Shown piece by piece: positions 37,654 through 50,407 of a DNA stretch of 64,000 nucleotides. The position numbers were made by a program, and so were the translations under genes. The DNA lies in contig OZ024742.1 of assembly GCA_964016885.1 (NCBI GenBank), positions 374,604,001-374,668,000 on the forward strand, read 5' to 3'. This stretch comes from Eledone cirrhosa (Eukaryota). Each line of letters starts with the position of its first letter. The stretch's first letter is position 1. The notes below the pieces were generated by a model, which was not told the origin of the DNA, searched no databases, and saw only the letters and a list, made by a program, of their open reading frames with translations.

Positions 37654-38983
37654 TATTTCCTAATGAAAAAAATAGTGTACATTTTTATTTTTCATCCTTC
37701 TCCGAGAGTGGTGTGATAGTAAATAAAATAATTTTAAGAGTAGTGACTCTCGGGTTCCAAATAATAGGGGGTGTGTGGGTGAATAAGCGGGGGTGGGTGG
37801 TAGAAAACCGGTAATTTTTCTAGGTTGTCTCCGTTGGTATTTCTAAAAACCAGAATTAGTCATTTGAGACCCCAACCCATCCTATTTATTTAAACAAATT
37901 TAATATCTGTATATATAACTTTGATATGTAAAATTGGGGGTTTGCTGTGTATTCTAAATTTTTGTGTATGAGGAGCCCCTAAAACCTGAAGTGCCCCCCC
38001 CCCCCCCCCCTCGTCTAAATCCGACCCTATATATATATATATATATATATATAAATGAAAATATAGAAATTATTGTGAGCAAGAAGCCTACAGTATTTCA
38101 TAATATATAAGTGACTATAACGTCAAGATGGAAAATATTTAACGTAAGATAGACGGAGACATATAAATATAGAAACGCACGTGGATTATTATTATGGTTG
38201 ATATAAGACTAGTTTTTATTATACACAGTTGTATCAATGTATGAATAACATTACAAATTGTTTATAATGCTTAATTTATAAAAATATCAACACATATAAT
38301 AAATACGATTAATTATTGCTAGGAACCTCACAAATATAATACGCAAAAATATATGATCAAAGCAAAAAAGAAAGAAAGGGAAAGAAAAAACAAAATCGAA
38401 TTTCCATGAATCAATATAACTAGTAAAATAGATTTGATAGTTTTCTCAACAAGCTGTCTCTGGTGTTTGTTTATTCATATAATTTTTATTATTATACATT
38501 GTTAAACTGTTTAGGTGAGTTTATTGAAGTTGTTAACCTCATCCTAACTTTATTCCAAACACAACGGCCAACACGGGTTTATGGGGCATGGTTGCTTATC
38601 ACCTTCGTTTGACTTGTTAGAAATAACAGCCAGATTTCTTTCAAATACCTACCCTCGTCCTTTGTCTGGAAAAAATAATGAGGAATGCAGACCTGTCAAC
38701 TCACCCCGTCCAATGGGGAGATCGCCCACTCACTTTGAGGTGGGTGAATGATGTCTTCTCTTGTTAAAATGGATATAGCTTTCTTTATGTAAAATCTCCC
38801 CATTTTGCCTCATTTCTCCCTGTTTAGGAGCATTTTTTCATGGTACTCACCATTTGGGTTTTAGAGGTTGGTAGATCTAGGGGTGGGTGGTGAAACATGC
38901 ATTGAAGTAGTGTAGTCTAAGATACACTGTGTCTAAAAAAAATTGGGGTAGTTGGTTATAGCTGTCAATGTTTTTGATCAAAG

Positions 38984-39253
38984 TGTGGGTATGGTGCGGT
39001 GTGAGGTGGCCGGAAGCTGGAGAGTGCTCGACCGGAAGAGTGCTCGACCGGAAGGGTGCATGGCCGGAAGGGTGCTCGACCGGAAGGGCCAGCAGATCGG
39101 TCTCTCTCTAGTAGTGACCAGGAACGGTGTGGACGCGAGCTTGGCAGCTCCCGGGTGTTAATGAGTTGGACGCATGTGGAAGAGGAGAAACCAGCCTTGG
39201 GATTTAGCGGCGCCTATGAAAAGCGCAAAGTGAGATAGCTTTTTCTAACCACA
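38984..39253 (+). repeat. 5' LTR (270 bp)
   Basis: Direct repeat of the 3' LTR with extra GTGCTCGACCGGAAG sub-repeats. Confidence 0.95.
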
Positions 39254-39380
39254 AGCTATTTCGACACTGGAAACTGAGATCTGATTGAAAAAGAAAAACT
39301 TTCTCGAAAACAAAGCTACTGGAAAAACAGAGAGGAGTCTGTTGTTTTTTTTTATTACGTACCACAAGACAAATTAGGAT

Positions 39381-40169
39381 ATGGCGACGAGACTACGAAC
39401 AAGCGAAGCTATCAGGGTATTTACCGGTGAAGGCGATGTTGTCGCTTGGCTGCGAAAAGTCCGGCTGGTCGCAAGCTTACAGAAGATAGATGTGGCTGGC
39501 CTCATGGCACTGTACCTCGAGGGGGGCACGTTGGTACTCTTCCTTGAGTTAGATGAACACAGCCAAAGAGATGCGCAAAAGATTGAGAGGCACATGATGG
39601 AAGCGTTCGCAGAGGGACCGTTAGCCGCTTTTGCTAAGCTGGCAAGAATTAGATGGAACGGTGAACGCGTTGACATTTTCGCAGCGGAAATACGGCGATT
39701 GGCCATGTTGGCTGGATATCAGGTGGAATGCGAACACACGGTGCGGTTGGCGTTCATAAATGGATTTCCAGACGACATAGCGGTGAAACTGCAGCAAGTC
39801 CCGGGTTACAAAGAAATGGAGATGTGTTCACTGGTGGAACAAGCCCGGATCATAGCAGAAGATGCCAAGAAGAGTGTCACGGCGATAGCAACTACAGAGG
39901 CTCAAGACAGCTGGCAGCGAAATGGTGAAAGGGAGGCAACCACGGCACGCGGTTGCCCGCGAACGTTTAGAGGTCGCTGTTTTAGGTGCCAGGGCCCGCA
40001 CATGGCGAGAGACTGTAGAGAGTCAAGGCCGGAAATAATATGCTACCGGTGTAAGCGACCAGGCCACATCGCTACTAACTGCGACCAGGGAAATGATCCA
40101 AGGGGAACTACTGCGCCGGTAGTTGCCCCTTACGAGTTGAGGCGCTGCCCGTGGTGGAAGTCTTCGTGA
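39381..40169 (+). CDS. gag: Gag with two zinc knuckles
   Basis: Open 262-aa frame containing CFRCQGPHMARDC and CYRCKRPGHIATNC. Confidence 0.9.
   Translation: MATRLRTSEAIRVFTGEGDVVAWLRKVRLVASLQKIDVAGLMALYLEGGTLVLFLELDEHSQRDAQKIERHMMEAFAEGPLAAFAKLARIRWNGERVDIFAAEIRRLAMLAGYQVECEHTVRLAFINGFPDDIAVKLQQVPGYKEMEMCSLVEQARIIAEDAKKSVTAIATTEAQDSWQRNGEREATTARGCPRTFRGRCFRCQGPHMARDCRESRPEIICYRCKRPGHIATNCDQGNDPRGTTAPVVAPYELRRCPWWKSS
40088..40131 (+). promoter_or_regulatory. -1 programmed ribosomal frameshift signal
   Basis: G GGA AAT in the gag frame, a 5-nt spacer, then the hairpin AAGGGGAACTAC...GTAGTTGCCCCTT. The protease (ALVDTGC) is in the -1 frame. Confidence 0.8.
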
Positions 40170-42907
40170 GGGGAAAGCCACAGCGAGCCCTCGTGGACAC
40201 GGGCTGTACGATGACACTGGTGACCGCGGGAGTGGTGGAGAGGGAAGAGCAGCGTAAGGGCAGTCGATGGCAGGAAAATTGAATGCCGAGGTCGCAGCAA
40301 GGTGGAGATGGCGATACGGGGAAGGAAAATAAGGCTTTCTGCCATCGTAGTTGACGACGTGGTGGATGGGATTGGCGTGGTTATGCGCATGGACGCAATT
40401 GGCTGTCTAGGAGGCGTCACAGTGAACAATGTCGGTGTGTCGTTTGGCGGCGCTGCATCGGTATGCGCTGTGAGTACGCGACAGGAGAGCCAGTAGGCCC
40501 ACGAGGAGAAATACCCCACTTACACTGTGCAGGACAAAGACTTCAAGGCCGTGTTCGATGGGCAGCGATGGGTTGTTGAGTGGTACTGGAAGGGAGAACC
40601 ACCAACACTGAAGACCAAAGTGGGCTGTTATCAACACACATTGAAAGCAGACATTAGGAGCGAGTTCGAGCGAGAGGTAGAGAGATGGATTGAGGAGGGC
40701 ATACTGCTTCCCTGGAAAGAGGAGGTGAAGTGCGAAGTATTGCCGTTAATGGCGGTGGCGCAACCCACGAAGAACAAGGTGAGGCCGGTGCTGGACTTTC
40801 GGGAGCTGAACGAGCACGTGTCATGCCACACGGATGGCGAGGTCACGGATGTCTGTGGGGAAACCCTGCGTGATTGGAGACGCATGACTGGGGGTTCAGC
40901 AATCGTAGATATAAAGTCGGCATACTTGCAATTGCATATAGATGAGAAGCTCTGGCAGTATCAGCTGGTCAGGTATAAGGGCCGGACATATTGCCTGACC
41001 AGGCTTGGTTTCGGGCTGAGCTCCGCACTAAAGATCATGGCGGCGGTCCTCAAAACCATTCTGGGAAAGGCTGACGAGATGAAGAGGGCCACTAACTCCT
41101 ACATTGACGACATCCTAGTGGACGAGTCTGTAGTGTCGGCGGCGGAGGTCACGAGCCATTTACAGGGGTATGGACTGGCTGCGAAGTCGTCAGAAGCGTT
41201 GGAGGGAGGAGCCGCGCTGGGACTTAGGCTACGGCGAGACAGGACGGGCGTCTTGGTATTCCAGAGGGGAAAGGAAGTTCCAGAACTGGGCCCAAGTATG
41301 AGTAGGTGGGAGCTTTTCTCGGTGTGTGGAAAGTTGGTGGGTCACTACCCGATTGCTGGGTGGCTCCGGACGGCATGCAGCTATGTCAAGAGACGAGCGG
41401 GAGGGGTGACTTGGAATGACAGAGTGGGAGGGGTGACTTGGAATGACAGAGTGGGAGAGAGGACGGTGGCCATGATGCAGGAGATCGTGGAGAGGGTGAA
41501 GGCCGACGACCCAGTGCGGGGACGCTGGTATGTTCCCAAATCGCAGAGTGGGACCGTATGGTGCGATGCCAGCAGCATAGCGCTGGGTGTCACGTTGGAG
41601 ATAGGAGGTGTTGAGGTCGAGGATGCAGCCTGGCTTAGGAAGAAGGACGACTGCAACCACATCAATGTGGCCGAACTGGACGCAGTGTTGAGAGGGGTGA
41701 ACCTCGCACTGAAGTGGGGACTGCGCACCATCAAGATATGCACCGACTCAGCTACTGTACTCGGATGGGTGAGATCAGTGCTCACCAGTGAGAAGAGAGG
41801 GGCGGCGGAGATGCTGATAAAGCGCCGCCTGGGAACTTTAGGAGAGCTGGCCACCGAGTTCGACCTGAGGCTGAGCGTAGTTTTCGTGCCCTCAGAGAAA
41901 AATAGGGCGGACGTCTTAAACAGGGTGAAGAAAGCCTGGATGGAAGCGCCGGAGGAGGTAGAAGATGAGATAGCTGCCGTGTGTCGGCTGAAAGGGTTGC
42001 ATGACATGCATCACATGGGAGTGAATAGGACCCTGTTCCTAGCCAGGAGAATCGACTCGGACGTTAACAGACACAGTGTTCAAACGGTGGTTAGAGGCTG
42101 CGTCCGATGTCAGTCTATTGATCCCGCCCCGGGTGTGCACGAAACGGGAAGCCTCCCGGTGGATCGTGACTGGAAGCGATTGGCGGTGGATGTAACGCGC
42201 TACCGACGGGGAACGTACCTCTCGATGGTCGACTGTGGACCAGGACGGATGGCGATATGGAGGGAGATGAAGACTGGAACGGCCGGGGAAATCATGCGGA
42301 CGTTGAGAGAGGTGTTCTTGGAGCGGGGCCCTGTGGACGAACTGCTGATGGACAACAGCGCAGCGTTCCGCTCGGAGGCACTGAGGGAGATGCTCGATGG
42401 ATGGAAGGTGGACCGTTTCTTCAGAGCAGCGCACAGGCCGAGCGGGAATGGAATAGTGGAACGACACCACAGGAGCGGAGCCATATCTCACCAATGGAGG
42501 CAGTGTTCTGGTACAGTATGTCCCCTCGGGTGGGACAAGTTGAGGAATTGGTGCCACACAGAGCAGTATTCAGATATGAGTGGCGGCACCCATGCACGCC
42601 ACCACAATGGCCAATGGGGAGAGAGAGTGCATTCGTGCAGGTGGGCGAAGAAGTCTGGGTTAAGCCCCCAGATGCACGTTGCACATCTCAATGGGTGATG
42701 ACCGTAAATTCCCAGAACAATGTGTCCGTGGACGGAGTACCACGTCATGTCCTGGATGTCCATAGAATCACTGTGTCAACGGACTCCGAGGAAGAGGAAA
42801 CTCAAAGTGCCGCCCCAACACTGCGGAGATCGCAAAGAAGTTGCAAACCACCAACCTGGACAGCAGACTTTCATATACAGAAGGACGAGGGGGAAATTGA
42901 TCCTTGA
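40097..42907 (+). pseudogene. pol: Pol: aspartic protease, RT, RNase H, integrase (disrupted)
   Basis: ALVDTG (~40187-40204); RPVLDFRELN; YIDD; WCDAS..E..TDS..NRAD; H..HH..C..C; VD..MDN..GIVER. Frameshifts near 40245 and 42470, a TAG at 40494, and a 27-bp duplication at ~41399-41455. Confidence 0.93.
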
Positions 42908-42920
42908 GATCAGAGGGGCG

Positions 42921-43119
42921 TGTGGGTATGGTGCGGTGGCCGGAAGCTGGGGAGTGCTCGACCGGAAGGGCCAGCAGATCGGTCTCTCTCTAGTAGTGAC
43001 CAGGAACGGTGTGGACGCGAGTTTTGGCAGCTCCCGGTGTTAATGAGTTGGACGCACGTGGAAGAGGAGAAACCAGCCTTGGGATTTAGCGGTAAGTGAG
43101 ATAGCTTTTTCTAACCACA
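42921..43119 (+). repeat. 3' LTR (199 bp)
   Basis: Follows the PPT and ends CCACA before the TSD. Confidence 0.95.
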
Positions 43120-43432
43120 CAAAGCTCTATCTTGATTATGGCAGACCTAGAGCTAAACAAAAACACCCTCATGTGAACAAATGATTTAATATCTACTGTT
43201 AGTCAATCTGCTAGAAATAGCAGCCAAATCTCATTCAAATCACACCTGATCATCTTTAAAAATGTCAAGTTAAATATTGTTCTGGCTGCATTATCTACGA
43301 AATAGGCAGGATGGTCTTGGCTGGAATTTGTTTGTGGCTTGGCCCTGTTCAACTGAGAGTGGCCTAAGGCTAAACAACCACTACCAGACAAACTCTGAAA
43401 AAGAGTTTAAGATTCTGCTAAAATGACTACAT

Positions 43433-43575
43433 TGTACATACATCTGTCGTACATATGACATACATCTGTCGTACATGACATACATCTGTCGTACATATGA
43501 CATACATCTGTCATACGCATGTACATATGCCATACATCTGTCGGACATCTATCGTACATTTGTCATACATCTGTT
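43433..43575. repeat. 22-bp minisatellite (TACATATGACATACATCTGTCG)n, degenerate
   Basis: Seen directly. Confidence 0.8.
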
Positions 43576-43888
43576 ATAACTTGATCTTTGTCAGGTGTTG
43601 ATACTGGTGGTGTCAATATAAAATCTCCTGATAAGTTGCAGGCAGGATATGAAACCAAATTTTTATCCAATTTTTATTTCAACCCACCTCTATATTGATG
43701 TCTGTTTCTATCAGCCCACCTTTCTCTTTTCATTTTAATTGTCATTCCTCTATTACAGCTTAAGTGTGTGTGTATGTGTGTAGAAACCATACCAAAAGGG
43801 TTGAGAGGACTCTTAGTTGTGTCAGGGACATAACTAGTGTTGGTGAACTACACGATAAACTCACCTAGTTATACACACGCTACATATA

Positions 43889-44077
43889 TGAGGGAGTGTT
43901 GAAAAGTTCCTGGTTTTGGGTGAAAGAAAATACAATATCAGTTAATTATGATTTTATTCAACATATTCCCCTCTCAGATTCACACTCTTATTGCAGCGGT
44001 TCTACCTCCCCTGTAAAGGTAACAGCTCTACCCTTTCGTGACACCCTTAAAGCCAGGAACTTTTCAGCACCACCTCT
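43889..44077. mobile_element. Mariner-type MITE
   Basis: TIRs TGAGGGAGTGTTGAAAAGTTCCTGG and CCAGGAACTTTTCAGCACCACCTCT, TA-flanked. Confidence 0.8.
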
Positions 44078-44355
44078 TATATCATATATGTAGTGTGTGT
44101 TGGAAAACTATAAAACTACATTAAAGGCCAGCTCACCATTTAAAATCTAATTTACTGATGGGACATACTCCATAAAAATGTGTTAAGTACTGGCAGTAAT
44201 TAACAGTCATGACAACGAAACGAACTTAGAAAATAACTATTTTTTTATAGTAATCAACTATTATTATGTTCATTTGTGTTGGGACTACTACATTTCAAAT
44301 GTTTCTTAAGTCAATCAGTTATTTACACTTCTAGCTACATCATAAACTGCAAGCA

Positions 44356-47000
44356 GGGTACTAATTGTTGTCCTTAAATGCTCGCAGTTTATGCAACAAG
44401 ATACACCTGTTTAACTCCTAAGTCAGAAGCATCGACCCTGACTTCATCACAGTCACGGAAACATGGGCACATTCCTTACTCTCTGATGGGGTTTTCAGCA
44501 TTACAGGGTACAACCTTTTCCGCAAGGACCGCATTGGTGGTGTGATGGTCTACGTTCGTTCAAACTTTTCGGTAATTCCTTGCGTTGATTTGAACGAATC
44601 ACAGGAAGAAGTTTTTTTTCTGTGACATACGTATGACCATGTCAACACTTCTGCTTGGTGTTGTTTATCAGTTGTACTACTGAGGTACCTCTAGGCGACT
44701 CTGATCATGCTATGATCATTGCCAATCTGGCTCTTGCGGGCAGCAACAAAAACCAGAACCATCTCCAATCTGCTTGCTTTGATTGGAAGAAAGCAGATTG
44801 GAACTTGTACTGCACTGAGCTAAGCGCCCTAACTGACATGAGTTCTATAACTTTGGAGATGTGAACACTATACTCCAGAGCATCCTGGACTCAATATGGA
44901 TAGCGTGTGCAGCATCGGTGCCACGTAAGCAGAAAAAAACCCACCCCAAAAGTGCAATTTGGGAAACTTCAGCGGTCCAACTTGCCAAGAAAGAACATCA
45001 GAACGCTGAACGGGAATATAAACTGCATAAATCAGATGCCAACAGAAAAAAGCGGAATAAATCTTCCAACCATCTCAAGCAAGTGACAAAAAAGGCAGTG
45101 CTTGAATTTGAACAGTGCATAGCAACCAATCCTGACAGTAAGGTGTTCTGGAAATATGTTCATTCAAAGCAGAGACCTCACTCTCCAGTTGGTCCTCTTC
45201 GCAATCCACACACAAGTCAGATCACTGACGATCCCAAAGAATGCGCAGAACTCATTGCTGAGTGCTATGCAAGCATTTTTACTGTTGAAAACCAGAATGT
45301 ACCATCTCCACCATCTCTAACATCAAATTCCATAAGAACTATGGAATTTACACCTGCAATGCTGCAACGTCACCTTAAGAATAAGCGCAACTATGCCTCT
45401 CCTGGTCTTGATGGTGTTACATACCTGCTTCTCAAACGTGGCGGGGATTTCCTTTTGCGCCAGCTTTCTTTCTTCTTTCAATACTGTCTCAACAATGGTG
45501 TTACTCCGGAGCAGTGGAAAACTGCCAGTGTCATTCCCCTGTTCAAAAAGGGCGACTGCACATCACCTGTCAACTATCGCCCAGTCAGTCTTACTAGCTG
45601 TATTGCCAAACTGATGGAATCCTGTGTCAGAGAAACACTTTGGAACTTCTGGAGCTCTCACAGCCTCATCCGGCCCTCGCAGTTTGGATTTATCCCTAAC
45701 TCCAGCTGCTGTGATCAGCTTATCGAGTTCCTTGAAGACATTACCCGGATCACTGACAGCGGCTCATGGGTGGATGTTGTTTACCTTGACTTCGCTAAGG
45801 CTTTTAATTCTGTGCCACACAAACGACTTATGGCGAAACTCTCTGCAATGGGTGTGAGGGATGATCTTTTTAACTGGTTGAAATCCTTCATTCTCAGCCA
45901 AAAAGAGGTAGTCACGGTTGTAGGACAGCATTCTTCACCATATGAGATGTCATCTGGTGTACCGCAGGGATCTGTTCTTGGTCCCCTTTTGTTTGTGACA
46001 TATATTAATGACATAGATGCCAACTTAAAGAATTCCACGGTACTGAAATATGCAGATGACATCAAGCTGTACCTTGAAATCAAAAGGACTGATCCTGAAA
46101 TCTACAACTCTTCCCTACAATCAGACCTGGACACAATGCAGCAATGGATCACAGACTGGAAACTGAAGCTGACTGGACAAGTGTACCACCATGCATTTTG
46201 GGAGGAAAAATCCAGCGTCCACATACTCCCTCCACAACACTGATATCAAGAAGTCCTCTTGTGAACGTGACCTGGGCATTACTGTCACCAGCGATTTGCA
46301 TTGGACAAAGCATGTCTCTCAGATTGTCAAGAAGGCCGACGGTATCTTGGCATCACTCAGCAAGACCTTTGTTAGCCGCTCTCCAGCCATCTATTTAAAG
46401 CTGTATATAGCTATGGTACGACCACACTTGGAATTCGCATCATCAGTCTGGAACCCTCATCTTGCTCAGAACATTGACCTCCTGGAAACTGTTCAGAGAT
46501 GTGCAACCAAGCGCATACCCTCCATCAGACACCTACCATACTCTGAACGCCTTGCATGGATTCATTGAAGCTCCGACGTCTGGCAATGGACTTGGTAAAC
46601 ACCCACAAAGTTATTAACCATCTCGCCAACAACAACCCTGAACACCTTTTTGATCTCCCTGTGTCTAACACACATGGACATGCCTACAAAGACAGAAAAC
46701 AGCACAGCTCCCATGACTTTCGGAAACATTTTTTCACGCTTAGAGTTGCTGAAGCATGGAACAAACTGCCTGCGTCAGTTGTTAGCTGCGGAGACACTGC
46801 ATCCTTTAAAACCCTCATGCTTCCCGAAATTCGCCAAAACTACACCTGATGTACCCCTTCCATACACATTCACACATGTATATATCATGACTCATGCACT
46901 GTTCATTTTCCTGACGTTTGTACATTACCCTATGTACTATACATACACTTTTTGATGAGTTGTAGTGCACCTGAGCACTGTACACAATATTTTCATTATA
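44356..47000 (+). mobile_element. CR1-group LINE family 1, ORF2 only, with a deletion in the endonuclease
   Basis: ORFs 44861..46243 (YLDFAKAF, QGSVLGP, YADD), 46191..46568 and 46556..46849. Collinear with 8152-11050 in inverse orientation. Confidence 0.95.
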
Positions 47001-47139
47001 AAATCTAAAAAGTGGCCAATTTATTGGTTAGCTCACCTGTTATCTGAGAAATGTAGTGTCTGATTCATCACAGGTGCCTCTGTCCACTCGCCCCCCCCCC
47101 CCCCCTCCAGAGATGCTTTACTTGATTTTCTCAACTAAG

Positions 47140-47346
47140 GATCAGTAGAGCGTTGGACATAATGCTTTGCAGTATTTAGTTACAGCATTTTATATTCTGA
47201 GTTCAAATCTCGCCAAAGTTAGCTTTGCCTTTTATCCTTACAGGGTCGATAAAATAAAGTAGCAGTAACATACTTGGGTCAATTTAATCGACTTTCCACT
47301 TCTCTTCAAATTGCTGGCCTTGTACCAAATGTAGAAGCTATTATTA
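47140..47346 (+). mobile_element. SINE (same family as 16739-16920)
   Basis: CTGAGTTCAAATCTCGCC...GGGTCGATAAAATAAAGTAGCAG...TTGCTGGCCTTGT. Confidence 0.75.
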
Positions 47347-48304
47347 TGGTCATTTGCGTTTCAAATTTTCCCAGTGCTTCTGAAATTCATCCGGTTGATA
47401 TTAATCCATTGAGATGAAAAATATTAGAAGGCAAGCAATAGTATACTGCAGAGTTTATCGTATAGATAACTAACACTAGGAAGATTGTCACAACTGATAA
47501 GTTCCCTCAACCCCTTCTTTGGCAAGCTTTCTATAGCTGCGTACCCTTTCTATCACCAATCAATTTACAACATGGTTATATATAGATAGATAAATATATG
47601 TATATATATATATATATAAAATAAATATTAAGACAAGGATTATTATTAGAACATTTGATAGATTTAGACCATTTCACTAGACTAACCAGGAATGAAATAA
47701 TGTTAATTCTTGTAAGAATAGCTCATCAGAGTCAAATTAAATTCAAATAATTCATCTTACATGTTTTAATATACAAGTGGGAAAAATGTTCTGACTTTGT
47801 AAGCAAAGTTGTAAATAATAATGCTTATTAGTGAAAACATTAAAATTATGGAAGCCTAAAATAGTAATTAATAGTAATTATGGATGCCTAAAATAGTAAT
47901 TATGGAAGCCTAAAATAGTAATTAATATTAATAAATAGGAATGTCATCCAGCCGTAGAAAGCAAGCCCGAATCAGTTCTGTGTGAGCAAAACACGGTCCT
48001 CCGATCTGGATCTCTCACAATGGGACAATACCTCCTACATATGCCAGCGTGGAAAATGGACGTTGATGATGATAAAATATTTACATCCAACAACTATAGA
48101 TATTTCACTAGATATAATATATCATCACAAAGAAGGTAACATACATTAAATATAAAGCTAATGTTATACTAATGGGGATTAAAGGGCATATTATTACTTC
48201 ATGAGTGAAGTTGGGAAAAAATTACTTTAAAAATATATTAAAAGACTGTTAAAATGTAGCATATAACAGTAATTATTTTAATCAATAATTGAATATAATA
48301 AGTG

Positions 48305-48530
48305 TGCAAGAGATATATGGACATGTGATGCATATGGATGATGATCGTTGGGTAAAGAAATGCCAGAAAATCCCAGTGGAAATTGTTGAAGATTTGGTCA
48401 GAGGTTGTGAGAGCTGATCTGAAATTGCTGAGACTCATAGTGGAGAAAATAAGGGAACATAATGAATGGAAGCATACTGTGCAAACATGGAAAAACAAAT
48501 GTAAAATGGGTGTGATGATGATGATGATGA
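48305..48530 (+). mobile_element. Old RTE 3' fragment
   Basis: YGHVMHMDDDRWVKKCQKIPVE followed by a (GAT)n tail. Same type as 1935-2268. Confidence 0.7.
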
Positions 48531-49019
48531 GGTGGTGATAATATCATGATCATCATCAACATTTAATGTCTGTTTTCACTGCTGTTTTGTGTCTGTTTTT
48601 CTGTACTGACATACGTTGGACAAGTCTCACAGCATCTCATCACTTGCTGTAATCCTCAACATCTGGCACAGCTACAGAAAAAAAGCAGCCAACTTTGTTA
48701 TTATGTAGATTTTAATAATAATTATAATAATGATTTCTTTGATAGGCCACAATGGGGGCCCAAGTGAGTAGGGACAGTACAAGGTCATGAGACAATAGAG
48801 TGGGGCTTTACATTGAATAAAGGAAAGGGAAAATCAACAAAGGGAAAATGGTAGATATAACAATAACAATGGTAATAATAATAATGAATTCTTTCCTGTT
48901 CAGTTACTGCCAGGAAAGGTTGTTTTGGCTCAAAATATCTGTTGATTAGTCATTAGGGAAAAAAATCAATTCAGTTTGTTTTGTGAAATGATGGGTTATG
49001 GTGAAAATGACTTCATTTT

Positions 49020-49150
49020 TACTGGTTTCAGTCATTGGACTGTGGCCATACTGGGGCACCACCTTTAACAATTTCAGTTGATCACATTGACCCCAGTAGT
49101 CATTTCAGTCTGGTACTTATTTTATTCACCTCTGTTTATTGAGTAGCTAA
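49020..49150 (-). mobile_element. SINE 3' fragment
   Basis: GGCCATACTGGGGCACC (also at 33578-33597) and CTGGTACTTATTT, the reverse complement of the SINE core end. Confidence 0.5.
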
Positions 49151-50407
49151 GTCATGAATTTAACATACTGGGACAAAACTTGATACTGGTAAACATAAAC
49201 AAACACACACAGACAGACATACACACAAAGACCCCCCACCCCATACACTCACAAAGACATCACACACACATACACCAGTGAATGTATAAAGGCTGTAAAG
49301 TGGTTACTGTTAGGAAGTGCACCCAGCTGTAGAAATGAAGCCCAGGACAGAACCATATGAGCAAGATATGGTCACCTAAGCAATCTAGCACCAGAATACA
49401 ACCACCACATCTAACCCATGGAAGATAGATGTCAAATGGTGATGGTGATGATAAAGACAGAAAAAAAAATACTTAGTATAGGAACTTGACAAAACCAGTC
49501 AGTTAGTTACTGATGAACTGGAGGCCTACATCTCACTTACATACCTTCCCAGCTTCTACTGAGTGTTCAATTATCATATAGAACACAACAGGGAAGAGGT
49601 CCTGCCGTCGACACAACTGACGAGTCCATTCAGCACTTTTTTGACATGCTACAGCAGGCTACCCTTTCTGTCAACAACCACTTTATAGAGTGTACTGGGT
49701 GTATACCATATAGATGACCAACACTAGAGAGGTTGTGCCATTGACATCTAAACAGTCTTCGCTCTTTTTTGGCATGGCTTTTATTGTGGGATGCCCTTCC
49801 TCTCAACAACCACTTTATAGAGTGTACTGGGTGTGTATATCATGTAAATCGCCAACACTAGAGCTTCCCACCCCTTGTTGTATGTCCTAGAGCAGGGATG
49901 CTCTTGTTGATCAATTGATAAATTAATTACCAGTAAAATAATTTGAAGTTCAGTTATTTCTCTTTACTCATTCTCATGTTAGGCAGCAAATTGGTTGAGT
50001 TGCAATATTTGACCTGGCTCTCTACATTCTGAGTTCAAACCCTGATGAGGACAAATATGTTTTTATTCTTTGGTGGTTGATAAAATAAAGTACTAGCCCA
50101 GAGCAGTGGATTGGCGGAATTGTTAGAGCATTGGATGAGATGCCTTGTGGTATTTGTTCTGGCTCTTTATATCCTGAGTTAAAAAATCAGCTTATTTGGA
50201 TGGTAGACTTAATCTGTTAATGGCTTGACTCTTAACATCCTGTACCACATGAAACTGCATTAATGAAACATTCTTAAAAGTATAAAGCAGCATTATGACT
50301 GCATCATATTAAATATTAAAGTCTTTCCTCAAAACTTTTCACAACAATTTTCTGTTCACTAGTAAAGATACTGTTGGCATTTGAATTTCTGCTAAATCAT
50401 TATAGTA

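Larger units (their letters stand above)
38984..43119 (+). mobile_element. Complete LTR retrotransposon (gag-PR-RT-RH-IN order), inactivated
   Basis: TG...CA LTRs at 38984-39253 and 42921-43119. 5-bp TSD CAAAG (38979-83, 43120-24). PPT AGAGGGG at ~42912. Gag and pol motifs present. Confidence 0.96.

Noticed and set aside
49535-49650. Possible minus-strand host exon with an AG|GTATGT donor and an open frame
   Set aside because: The sequence aligns with the degenerate RTE-tail tandem block at 49650-49870 and 33990-34430.
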